Of a stretch of DNA of 25,906 bases, positions 18,528-25,906 are shown piece after piece (the stretch's first letter is position 1; each line of letters begins with the position of its first letter). The stretch is from Myxococcota bacterium (GTDB lineage: Bacteria > Myxococcota_A > UBA796 > UBA2385). Below the pieces are notes generated by a model. That model had not been told where the DNA came from. It did no database searches and worked only from the letters and a program-made list of their open reading frames with translations. The stretch covers positions 1-25,906 of the forward strand of contig JBIJDH010000048.1 of NCBI GenBank assembly GCA_044344255.1, given 5' to 3'. Both the position numbers and the translations under genes were made by a program.

Positions 18528-20078
18528 TCAGGCCCCGCGGAGGTGGAGCGTGCGCCCCTCGACCACGCGCTCCTCTCGCCAGAGGCGCTCCGCCCAGGTG
18601 CGGCCGGGGCGCTGGTCGAAGATTAGCAGCCAGCCCTCCGCCTGCCCCACCGTGTCGAGGTACCGGCCGAGCTGCTCCGTGCCCGCCTCCACTGCCCACT
18701 CGAGCGCGTCGTGGGCCGGCCGCACCCGCTTGAGCTCGATCACGTGCGACGCCCCCCCGTACTCCACGAGCAGGTCGATGGCGCCGCGCCCGGCGGCGAA
18801 CTCGCGGGTCACCCGGCCCCCGCCGTTCACCACCCGCTGAAGGAAGCCCATGAAGGCGAGGTGGGCCACCGCCTCGGGGTAGCCGTCGGAGGGCTGGCTG
18901 CGGATCATCGCCTCGTTACGCGCCCACCAGACGAGGAAGGCGTCGATCAGCGCCGCCATGTCCAGCCCGCCGTCCTCACGCCGCCAGGGCCACCAGGGGG
19001 CCGGCAGGTTCGCCTGCCCGTCGGCCGAGAGCTCGCGGGCCAGGACCTCTCGGTACAGGGGGTTCGCGATGGCAGGGGGTTGAACCTCGTCGGAGATCAA
19101 GCCCAGATCGACCGTGTAGCGGAAGTCGTCCGAGGAGATGGAGACGGTGGTGTCTCCGAGCAGCACCGACTGGACGACCCGCGCCACCCGCGGCTCCCGC
19201 AGCCGCTGGCCGAGCGAGTCGAGGTGGGTCGTGCGGGCGCGGATCAGCCGCTCGCGGGCCTCCTCGACGTGGGAGACCTCGATCGCCACGCCGGGGTGGC
19301 GTTCCACGCAGTCGAGGCTGAGCGCGTTGACCAGGAAGGGCTGCCCGCCCGTCTGTTCATGGATCAGCGCCAGCGCCGCCGCCGAGAAGGCCTGCCCCGT
19401 CTCGGCCGTATGCTGCCCCACCAGCTCCACCACCTCCCCCGCATTGAAGTTGCGCAGCGTGAACGAGCCCACCTTGATGTTGAAAGGCGAGCCCGGGTTG
19501 ATCGGCGCGCCGTCCTTCGACTCGGTCAGGTAGTCCCGCAGGTCCCGCATGCCGATGAGGCCCACGCTCACCGGGAAGACGCCCAGGCCGCGGGTGGAGA
19601 AGCCCGCCCGGAGCTGGCGCAGCAGGCTGATGAGCGGCGCGCCGCGCACCACGTCGGCCTCGTCGAGCAGCAGCACCACCGGCCTCGCGCAGCGCGCGCT
19701 CCAGGCGGCGAGCCAGGCGTGGAGGCGCGTGTGCACCGGGAACGACAGCGCCCCGGCCCAGTCGAGCGGGCGCTCCGAAGGCGGGAGCACCATCGCGGCC
19801 TGGTGGATGAATTGGATCCACACGAGCTCCGCGGCCTCGACGGTCTCCACGCCTTGGCTCGCCTCAAGGCTCGCGCAGACCGCCACGTCGCCCCGCTGAC
19901 GCAGGCGCGCGGCGAGCGCGAGCATCGCCGTCGTCTTGCCCACCTGCCGGGGCGCGTGCACCACGAAGTACTGCTTGCGGTCGATGTACGGCACCAGATC
20001 GGGCAGCCGCCGCTCGGGCGAGAGCATGTAGTGGTCGGCCGGGTCGCAGGGGCCGGTGGTGTTGAAGAAGCGCGCCAT
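18528..20078 (-). CDS. AAA-family ATPase fused to C-terminal PD-(D/E)XK nuclease-like domain, copy A
   Basis: Same motifs and same length (516 aa) as copy B; differs essentially only within about aa 54-195. Confidence 0.9.
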   Translation of the reverse strand: MARFFNTTGPCDPADHYMLSPERRLPDLVPYIDRKQYFVVHAPRQVGKTTAMLALAARLRQRGDVAVCASLEASQGVETVEAAELVWIQFIHQAAMVLPPSERPLDWAGALSFPVHTRLHAWLAAWSARCARPVVLLLDEADVVRGAPLISLLRQLRAGFSTRGLGVFPVSVGLIGMRDLRDYLTESKDGAPINPGSPFNIKVGSFTLRNFNAGEVVELVGQHTAETGQAFSAAALALIHEQTGGQPFLVNALSLDCVERHPGVAIEVSHVEEARERLIRARTTHLDSLGQRLREPRVARVVQSVLLGDTTVSISSDDFRYTVDLGLISDEVQPPAIANPLYREVLARELSADGQANLPAPWWPWRREDGGLDMAALIDAFLVWWARNEAMIRSQPSDGYPEAVAHLAFMGFLQRVVNGGGRVTREFAAGRGAIDLLVEYGGASHVIELKRVRPAHDALEWAVEAGTEQLGRYLDTVGQAEGWLLIFDQRPGRTWAERLWREERVVEGRTLHLRGA

Positions 20079-20126
20079 CGTTCGCCCGTAACGCGCTCCC
20101 CCTCTCTCAGGCCCCGCGCCCGGCCC

Positions 20127-20495
20127 TCAGTCCGCCGCCGGGCCGTAGCGCTCGGCGTAGGGCGCGCTCACCACCGTCGCGCGCTGGCCCTCGAGGGTGA
20201 CCACCACCACGGTGGCCGCGCCCTCGCGGCGGATGGAGACCGTCGCCGGGCCCTGGGGCGTCTCCACCCTCCGCTCGCCGCCGAGGCCCGCGGTGAGGGC
20301 GCTCCGGGCCAGCCAGAGGGCCTGCAGACGCACGGCGTCGGCCTCCCGCTGGTGGAGCTCCACCGAGGCGCGGGAGGCCATCACGGCCCCGCTGATGACC
20401 ATCGCCGACAGGACGCTGACCACGAGCAGGAGGGCGTATCCCCGCCGCGCCCGCGGCCCGGCCCCGCGGCGGACCAAGCGACGAAGGGCGCTCAT
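20127..20495 (-). CDS. Minor pilin lacking E5 (GspK/PilX/ComGG-like)
   Basis: Basic leader, RRG|YALLLVVSVLSAMV hydrophobic helix without Glu5, LQALWLARSAL; ATGA overlap with the upstream gene. Confidence 0.75.
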   Translation of the reverse strand: MSALRRLVRRGAGPRARRGYALLLVVSVLSAMVISGAVMASRASVELHQREADAVRLQALWLARSALTAGLGGERRVETPQGPATVSIRREGAATVVVVTLEGQRATVVSAPYAERYGPAAD

Positions 20496-20986
20496 CGGGG
20501 CTCCACGGGGATGAAGACCGAGGTGGTCGTGACCTTCTCCGGCCGCAGCGCCCGGGTGAAGACGACGGTGACCCCGCCGGGCTCGCGGGCGATCGACCGG
20601 ACCCCGCGGGCGAGGGCGCGCGGGCCGCCACAGGCGGCGCTGCGATCGCCGAGGAGCACCCCCTCCGGGGTCACCCGATAGGCCGTGGCGCAGGCCCCGG
20701 GCGCGTCTCCGGCGTCGGCGCGGGTGAGCGTCACCCCGTCGGGCCCCCAGCGCCCGCCGCGGGCCTCGAGCTGCAGCTCTTCGCGGATCGTGCGCAGCTC
20801 GGTCGCCACCTCGAGGTCCCAGAGGGCCAGCGCGTTCACCTCCTCCTGGCCCACCGTGAAGTGGTAGAAGATCGGCAGGAAGAGCGCGAGCAGCGACAGG
20901 GTGCTGAGCAGCTCCACGGCGGTGAAGCCGCGCTGTCCCGCCCCACCGACGCGCCGACGGCGCCCGCTCATCGGGCTCTCCTTCAT
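20492..20986 (-). CDS. Minor pilin/pseudopilin (GspJ/PilW-like position)
   Basis: QRG|FTAVELLSTLSLLALF class III signal; Cys pair; ATGA overlap. Confidence 0.82.
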   Translation of the reverse strand: MKESPMSGRRRRVGGAGQRGFTAVELLSTLSLLALFLPIFYHFTVGQEEVNALALWDLEVATELRTIREELQLEARGGRWGPDGVTLTRADAGDAPGACATAYRVTPEGVLLGDRSAACGGPRALARGVRSIAREPGGVTVVFTRALRPEKVTTTSVFIPVEPR

Positions 20987-21345
20987 CGAGCACCCGGCGT
21001 GAAGACGAGGAGGGAGAGCGACTCTGTGTGGTCGCTCACGACCTGCCCGCGCGGTCCGGCCCAGCGGACGGTGACCAGGGTGCCCTCGGCGCTCGGCCGG
21101 GCCTCGACCGCCGCGCCCCGCAGGGGCTCCTTCAGCCTCGCCTCCACGAGCGGATCGGCGGCGCGGCCCGCGGCGAGGCAGTCCGCCTCGTACTCGAGCA
21201 GCAGGACCGCCCGCTCCCGGGTGAGCGTCGCCTGGGCCCGACGGCGCCACTCGCGCGACGAGAGGCCGGTCAGGGCCAACAGGATGCCGAGACAGGCGAC
21301 CGCGATCATCATCTCGACCAGGGTGTAGCCAGGGCGGGGCCTCAT
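20983..21345 (-). CDS. Minor pilin/pseudopilin (GspI/PilV-like position)
   Basis: MRPRPG|YTLVEMMIAVACLGIL class III signal; VTVRW near the C-terminus. Confidence 0.85.
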   Translation of the reverse strand: MRPRPGYTLVEMMIAVACLGILLALTGLSSREWRRRAQATLTRERAVLLLEYEADCLAAGRAADPLVEARLKEPLRGAAVEARPSAEGTLVTVRWAGPRGQVVSDHTESLSLLVFTPGAR

Positions 21346-22523
21346 GCGGGTCCTTCGGGGGAGCGGAGCTCGGCCTGGGTGAGGAGCTCGGCCACCGGCG
21401 CCCGAACCCGCCCGAGGCCGTGGCAGGCCGCGCAGCCCGCCCCGGCGCAGGCGGCGCAGGGCCGAGGCTCCAGGCGCTGGTGCAGGACGGCCTGGAGGGT
21501 GGAGCGGAGCACGGCGGGGTCGACGCCGAGGTCGAGCAGGCGCTGGGGGGCCTCGCGGGCCGAGCCGGCGTGGAGCCCCGCGAGCACGAGGCGCCCGGTG
21601 TGCGCCGCCTCCAGGGCGAGCGCGGCCTCCCCGGCGGTCCTCACCTCGCCGACGCTGATGACATCGACGTCTTGGCGCAGCGCGCCCACCAGCACGGCCT
21701 GAGCGGTGAGGCCCCGCTCCGGGCAGAGCTCGACCTGATCGACGTCGACGCCCGCGAGCCTCAGCCGCTGCTCGACGGGGTCCTCGATGGACAGGTGCGC
21801 GCCGCCGCCCCGCCCGGCGAGCATCGCCAGCGCCGCGTAGAGCGTCGTCGTCTTGCCGCCGCCGGAGGGGCCCGCCACCAGCACGAGGCCGGAGCGCCGC
21901 GAGAGGGCCCCCTCGAAGCGGGCCCGCACCGCGGGGTCGAGCCCGAGGCGGCCGAGGTCGAGGAGCTGCCCGAAGAGGCGCAGCGCGGCGCGCTCCCCGA
22001 GCGCGGTGGGGAGGAAGCTGGCCCGCAGGTCCGCCGCGACGCCCTGCCGCGCGATCCGCCCCTCCTGGACGATGTCCGCGCGGTACGGCAAGCAGCCTGC
22101 GACGTGCTTGAGCGCGCAGATGAGGCGGGCGCCCGTCGCGGTCGAGAGGGCCACGAAGTCGACGAGCTCTCCCCCGACGCGGAGGCGGCTCCGATATCCG
22201 CCCTGCTGCGGCTCGAGGTGCACGTCCGAGGCGCCAGCGAGGGTCGCCATGTCGATCAAGAGCCGCGCCGCGCGCACGGGCGACCAGCTCTCACCGACGT
22301 AGCGGGCGAAGGCGGCGGCGTCCTCGGCCCGCCGGCCGGTGGGGGCGGGCGGGGTGAGGGCCCGCGCGGCCTCGGGGAGCAGCGCCGCCGGGACCCGCCG
22401 CGGCCCCCCGGCCCGCAGGGTGACGACGGCCCCGTCGAGCGAGGCCATCTCGTCGAAGGAGACAAAGCGGGTGCGGAACCAGCCGACCGGCAGGTCCAGC
22501 CCCTCTTCGCGCCCGGCCCTCAC
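21342..22523 (-). CDS. GspE/PilB/ComGA-family assembly ATPase, short form (393 aa)
   Basis: GASDVHLEP, QEGRI, GERAALRL, Walker A GPSGGGKTTT, SIEDPVE, LRQDVDVISVGEVR, tetra-Cys CAAC..CAAC; GTG start overlapping the upstream stop. Confidence 0.92.
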   Translation of the reverse strand: MRAGREEGLDLPVGWFRTRFVSFDEMASLDGAVVTLRAGGPRRVPAALLPEAARALTPPAPTGRRAEDAAAFARYVGESWSPVRAARLLIDMATLAGASDVHLEPQQGGYRSRLRVGGELVDFVALSTATGARLICALKHVAGCLPYRADIVQEGRIARQGVAADLRASFLPTALGERAALRLFGQLLDLGRLGLDPAVRARFEGALSRRSGLVLVAGPSGGGKTTTLYAALAMLAGRGGGAHLSIEDPVEQRLRLAGVDVDQVELCPERGLTAQAVLVGALRQDVDVISVGEVRTAGEAALALEAAHTGRLVLAGLHAGSAREAPQRLLDLGVDPAVLRSTLQAVLHQRLEPRPCAACAGAGCAACHGLGRVRAPVAELLTQAELRSPEGPA

Positions 22524-23440
22524 TCGAGCATCCCCGGGGTGTAGAGCGAGAAGAAGGCCGCGCCGACGCCCAGCAGGCCGCTCCCCGCCACGAGGAGGGA
22601 GAGGAGCTCGATCCGCGCCGCCGCCTCGGGCAGGGCCCGCTCGAGGGCCAGCCGCCGGTGCTCCAGCAGGGCGCGGAGGGTGGGGAGCGCCGCGCCGGCC
22701 CGCGCGGCGGCGACGAGCTGCGCCACCTCGTAGGGGTGGAGCAGGCCGCTGCCCTCGCGCGGCGCGGCCCCATCGCCCGCCCCCGCCTCCAGCCAGGCCG
22801 CCAGGGCCCGCCCCTCCTCGGCGGCGCCGCGGGAGAGGCCCCCCGCCGCGGCCCGCACCGCGCCCGGGAGCGTCGCCCCGGCCTCGAGGAAGGCCAGGGT
22901 CCCGCCGAGGAGGGCCTGGGCCTCGATGCGCGCCCAGACCGGGCCGAGCAGCGGCAGGGGGAGCCGCGTGAAGACCGCCAGGGCCAGCAGGACCAACACG
23001 CTCACCGCGAGGCCGAGGGCGACCAGCGGCCCGAGGCCGCCCGCGGCCCCCATCGGCAGCGCCTCCACCTGCGGCAACAGCAGCCCCGCGACGACCGCGC
23101 CGGAGAGGGCCACCGAGGCCGCGAGCACCAGCGGGTAGGTGCCTGCGCTGCGCAGCGCCTGCGCGCCCGCAGCGGCCTCCCCGGCGACGAGGAGGGCGCC
23201 CTGGAGCGCGACCACGCCGTCCTTCGCCCCCGCGGCCTGCACCCGCTCCGCCAAGGCCCGGTCGAGCCCGAAGCGGGCCGCCACCTCGCCGAGCGGCGCC
23301 CCGGCCTCGAGCGCCACCGCGAGCCCCCGGGCCTCCGCCGGCCCGAGCCCCGCAGGGTGGCCATTGGCGTGCAGCCGCTCCAGGCGGCGCTGGAGCTCGC
23401 CCACCGAGGCGGCCTGCGCGGCAGACCGCGGGGCGGTCAC
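22520..23440 (-). CDS. GspF/PilC-like inner-membrane platform protein 3
   Basis: LAVALEAGAPLGE..ALRSAGTYPLVLA..LLPQV, second TM, LAFLEAGATLPGAV, C-terminal TM ..SLYTP; GTGA overlap. Confidence 0.72.
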   Translation of the reverse strand: MTAPRSAAQAASVGELQRRLERLHANGHPAGLGPAEARGLAVALEAGAPLGEVAARFGLDRALAERVQAAGAKDGVVALQGALLVAGEAAAGAQALRSAGTYPLVLAASVALSGAVVAGLLLPQVEALPMGAAGGLGPLVALGLAVSVLVLLALAVFTRLPLPLLGPVWARIEAQALLGGTLAFLEAGATLPGAVRAAAGGLSRGAAEEGRALAAWLEAGAGDGAAPREGSGLLHPYEVAQLVAAARAGAALPTLRALLEHRRLALERALPEAAARIELLSLLVAGSGLLGVGAAFFSLYTPGMLE

Positions 23441-24216
23441 GGCGCCTCCAGCAGCAGCGGGAAGGAGAGGTAGACCGAGGCGGTGGCGCCCAAGGCGAGC
23501 ACGAAGAGGACCCCAAAGCCGACGAGGCGGGTCACCGCCACGAAGCGCCGGTGCGCCGTGGTGGCGGCCCCGAGCGCGTGGGCGACCACCGCCTCGAGCT
23601 CCGCGCTGTCGGCCCCCTCCCCCCGCAGCGCCGTGCAGGTGCGCGCGTAGGCCGCCCGCGTGTCGGCCGGCGCCCCGGCGTCGAGCAGGGCCAGCGCGAA
23701 GCTCGCCTCCTTCGCCCGCAAGAGCGAGCGGTTCCACGTGGCCCCGAGGCCCCGCTGCCGCGTCCCGAGCGCCGCCGCGAGGCCGAAGCCCAGGCTCAGG
23801 AGGAGGAAGAGCACCTCTGCGAAGCCGAGGAGGAGGGTGGACTGCGCCTCGACGGCGGGCCCCATCGCCCACAGCCCCGGCAGCACCTTCGCGTTCAGGA
23901 CCACCAGCACGAGGCACTGGGCCGCGACGATGAAGCTGAAGTACGCGAGCGTCTGCAGCAGCGGCGCTTGGAAGACCAGGGCCGAGGGCAGGGCCCGCAG
24001 CCGCACGAGCGCCGGGCGGAGCGCGGCGGGCCAGCAGAGGCCGAGCGCCACGAGGTCGGCCGAGAAGCCCGAGCGACGGAGCCCCTCCTCCAAGGAGCCG
24101 GCCTCAAAGGCCGCCCGCGCGCCAGGCGGCAGCAGCCCCTCCACCTGGGCCCCGGCCGGCGCCCCCTCCGCGAGGGCCGCCGCCACGAGGAGCGCGCCGG
24201 CGCGCCGCTCCCTCAT
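23437..24216 (-). CDS. GspF/PilC-like inner-membrane platform protein 2
   Basis: GSLEEGL, LAYF..KVLPGL TM, second TM, FALALLDAGAP, C-terminal TM ..SVYLSFP; ATGA overlap. Confidence 0.62.
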   Translation of the reverse strand: MRERRAGALLVAAALAEGAPAGAQVEGLLPPGARAAFEAGSLEEGLRRSGFSADLVALGLCWPAALRPALVRLRALPSALVFQAPLLQTLAYFSFIVAAQCLVLVVLNAKVLPGLWAMGPAVEAQSTLLLGFAEVLFLLLSLGFGLAAALGTRQRGLGATWNRSLLRAKEASFALALLDAGAPADTRAAYARTCTALRGEGADSAELEAVVAHALGAATTAHRRFVAVTRLVGFGVLFVLALGATASVYLSFPLLLEAP

Positions 24217-25013
24217 CCTGCGTCGTCCAGGAGGGCGAGGCTCCAGAAGAGCGGCTGGGCGACGAGCGCCAACACCCCCGTCACGACCAAAAAGCTGAGG
24301 ATCGCCCACCCCACCGGGGCCAGCGCCCGCGCGAGGTCGAGCGAGCGGCGCCCCTCGGCGAGGAGCTCAGCCGCCAGCTCCTGCGCGGCCTGGCCCTCGC
24401 CCACGACGGCGCGGCGCTGCAAGAAGTAGCGGCGCTCGACGGGCGGGAGCCGCGCCTCCTCGACCGCGCCGCCGCCGGCCGCCGCGTCCAGCAGCGCCGC
24501 CGCCCGTTGGCCCTCGGCCGCTCCCGGCGCGAAGGTGAGCTCTGCCCGTCCGAGGCCAACGATCGCCGCCAGCGCGAGCGGCAGGCCGACGAAGCGGGCC
24601 GCCGCGCACACCGCCAGCAGCAGGCCCGCCACCGGGGAGGGCGACTCCGCGAGGGAGGGGAATTCCGGCAGGATCCAGCCCCACAGCGCGGCGACGACCA
24701 GCGGGAGCGCCACCGAGACCTGGAGTAGCCCCCGCGTGGCGCCGAGCGCGCTGTCGGCGCCGAGGCGCGCTTCCACGGCGGACGCCGCCCGCTCGAGCTG
24801 CTCCACCGACCCGGTGAGGCCGCCGAGGCCCGCCCCGCGCCCCTGCGCCCGCCCCGCCCGGAGCGCCGCCAGGGCCTCGTTCGCCTCCTCCCGCAGCGCG
24901 CCCGCGGGCAAGGCCGTGCAGGCCAGCTCAATGGCCTGCGCCTGCCCGAGCCCGCTCTGGACCAGCCCCGCCACCTGACGGTAGAGCAAGCCGCGCTGCT
25001 CGAGGGGGCTCAC
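24213..25013 (-). CDS. GspF/PilC-like inner-membrane platform protein 1
   Basis: LYRQVAGLVQSGLGQAQAI (T2SSF-like start), TM ending ILPEF, second TM, C-terminal TM ..AQPLF; GTGA overlap with the pilin stop. Confidence 0.72.
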   Translation of the reverse strand: MSPLEQRGLLYRQVAGLVQSGLGQAQAIELACTALPAGALREEANEALAALRAGRAQGRGAGLGGLTGSVEQLERAASAVEARLGADSALGATRGLLQVSVALPLVVAALWGWILPEFPSLAESPSPVAGLLLAVCAAARFVGLPLALAAIVGLGRAELTFAPGAAEGQRAAALLDAAAGGGAVEEARLPPVERRYFLQRRAVVGEGQAAQELAAELLAEGRRSLDLARALAPVGWAILSFLVVTGVLALVAQPLFWSLALLDDAG

Positions 25014-25441
25014 TCGAGCTCGTCCTGGACCACGAGGTTGAGGTCGCGCCCGCTCAGGGTGTAGCGCGAGGGCAGGCCGTCGCGGTCGAGGTCACCCTCC
25101 GCCAGCACCATGAAGGAGTCCCCCTCGAGCGCCACCCCGTAGCGGTAGGCCACCGGCCCGTCGATCGAGATGCCGAGGCTCTTCCAGCAGGCGGCGTCCC
25201 CCGGGAATGCCGCCGGGCGGCTCGGCACCGGCCCGCTCGGCGCACAGGCGAGGAAGGCCCCCTGGTCCCGATAGTGGCGCAGCTCCGCGTGCGCGATCGC
25301 CACCACCACCGTCCGCGCCTCGCTGGCCCGGGCCCGCCGCACCAGCACCTGGTACCCCGGGATGGCGAGGGAGGTGATGATCGCCATCACCGCGAGCACC
25401 GCGCTCAGCTCGAGGATGGTGAAGCCGCGTCGTTCGCCCAA
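25010..25441 (-). CDS. Type IV pilin (probable major pilin)
   Basis: ERRG|FTILELSAVLAVMAIITSLAIPGY..RARASEA, Cys pair, FMVLAEGDLDRDG; TTG start at 25441 after GGAGG. The frame stays open upstream to 25726 through the repeat array. Confidence 0.9.
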   Translation of the reverse strand: MGERRGFTILELSAVLAVMAIITSLAIPGYQVLVRRARASEARTVVVAIAHAELRHYRDQGAFLACAPSGPVPSRPAAFPGDAACWKSLGISIDGPVAYRYGVALEGDSFMVLAEGDLDRDGLPSRYTLSGRDLNLVVQDELE

Positions 25442-25522
25442 CTTGCCCTCCGTCTGCCTGCCGTGTGCCGGGTCCGTGACCGTACCACAGGGCGCAGGTC
25501 CACTGGCCGAAGCTGCACGCTC

Positions 25523-25740
25523 GCCCTTCGGGGCCATCGTTTCGCCCTTCGGGGCCATCGCACTGCCCTTCGGGGCCATCGCACTGCCCTTCGGGGCCAT
25601 CGCATCGCCCTTCGGGGCCATCGCACTGCCCTTCGGGGCCATCGCACTGCCCTTCGGGGCCATCGCACTGCCCTTCGGGGCCATCGCAGCGCCCTTCGGG
25701 GCCATCGCACTGCCCTTCGGGGCCATCGTTTCGCCCTTCG
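25523..25740. repeat. 21-bp tandem array: 10 full units plus one partial
   Basis: Invariant 17-mer GCCCTTCGGGGCCATCG starting at 25523+21n; 4-nt linkers TTTC, CACT, CACT, CATC, CACT, CACT, CACT, CAGC, CACT, TTTC. Confidence 0.97.
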
Positions 25741-25906
25741 CGGCCGAAGGACTCCGTGCGTCCCGCCTCCGCGGCGGACTGAGCTTGCCCCGAAATGACA
25801 GACATGTACTTATCCTGTCGCCGTCAATCCCGCATCGGACTGCCTCACCGAGGAGGTGTGGGCCGAGGGGGGTCCAGGGGGGAGACTCACAAGTTGTGGA
25901 TGAAGG

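Larger units (their letters stand above)
16949..20118. repeat. Tandem direct repeat, 1579-bp period, two units plus 12 bp
   Basis: TCAGGCCCCGCG at 16949, 18528 and 20107; the 28-bp upstream spacer is also duplicated with 1 mismatch. Confidence 0.95.

Noticed and set aside
17900..19930. Diversity-generating retroelement TR/VR pair in the ATPase copies
   Set aside because: Differences are not adenine-specific, both copies are full ORFs, and no reverse transcriptase is visible.
22524..23516. Long N-terminal extension of the ATPase (724-aa ORF), and similar extensions of other ORFs
   Set aside because: Arg/Gly/Pro-rich off-frame translation overlapping real upstream genes; 4-bp overlaps define better starts.
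25523..25740. CRISPR array
   Set aside because: Linkers are only 4 nt and mostly identical; repeat is 17 bp; no cas genes in the window.
25092..25805. Cys-rich repeat protein (CDGPEGQ)n from an alternative frame of the array
   Set aside because: Runs out of frame over the pilin gene with shadow-like composition and no signal peptide; more simply a by-product of the repeat.

Overview
High-GC bacterial DNA, probably Myxococcota (inferred from a MYXO-CTERM-like tail and myxobacterial-type Cys-rich repeats); almost all real genes are on the minus strand. Left to right: (1) the 3' end and terminal inverted repeat of an ISAs1-family element that interrupts a COG0523/CobW GTPase, the last visible gene of a TonB receptor-lipoprotein-GTPase metal-uptake cluster, which follows a RegB/RegA-type two-component pair, with three GCGAC-N5-GTCGC-type RegA-like boxes; (2) a NarL-type two-component pair, TetR plus a DUF3089-like hydrolase, and a pRiA4b-ORF3-domain protein; (3) lipoprotein, outer-membrane barrel and matrixin-like protease; (4) an array of AAA-ATPase/PD-(D/E)XK nuclease genes: two full 516-aa tandem copies that are near-identical except for a divergent segment around the Walker A-B interval, a decayed copy missing exactly the nuclease catalytic segment, and a 12-bp trace, with a sulfatase inside the array; (5) a compact, translationally coupled type IV filament operon with THREE different GspF/PilC-like genes, one short ATPase and four pilins, preceded by a 10.4-copy 21-bp repeat array whose units each hold a hairpin and an ATG in frame with the first pilin. 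The best novelty candidates are (5), (4) and the RegA-box-controlled metal-uptake cluster. All calls rest on motif recognition by eye; no searches were run.
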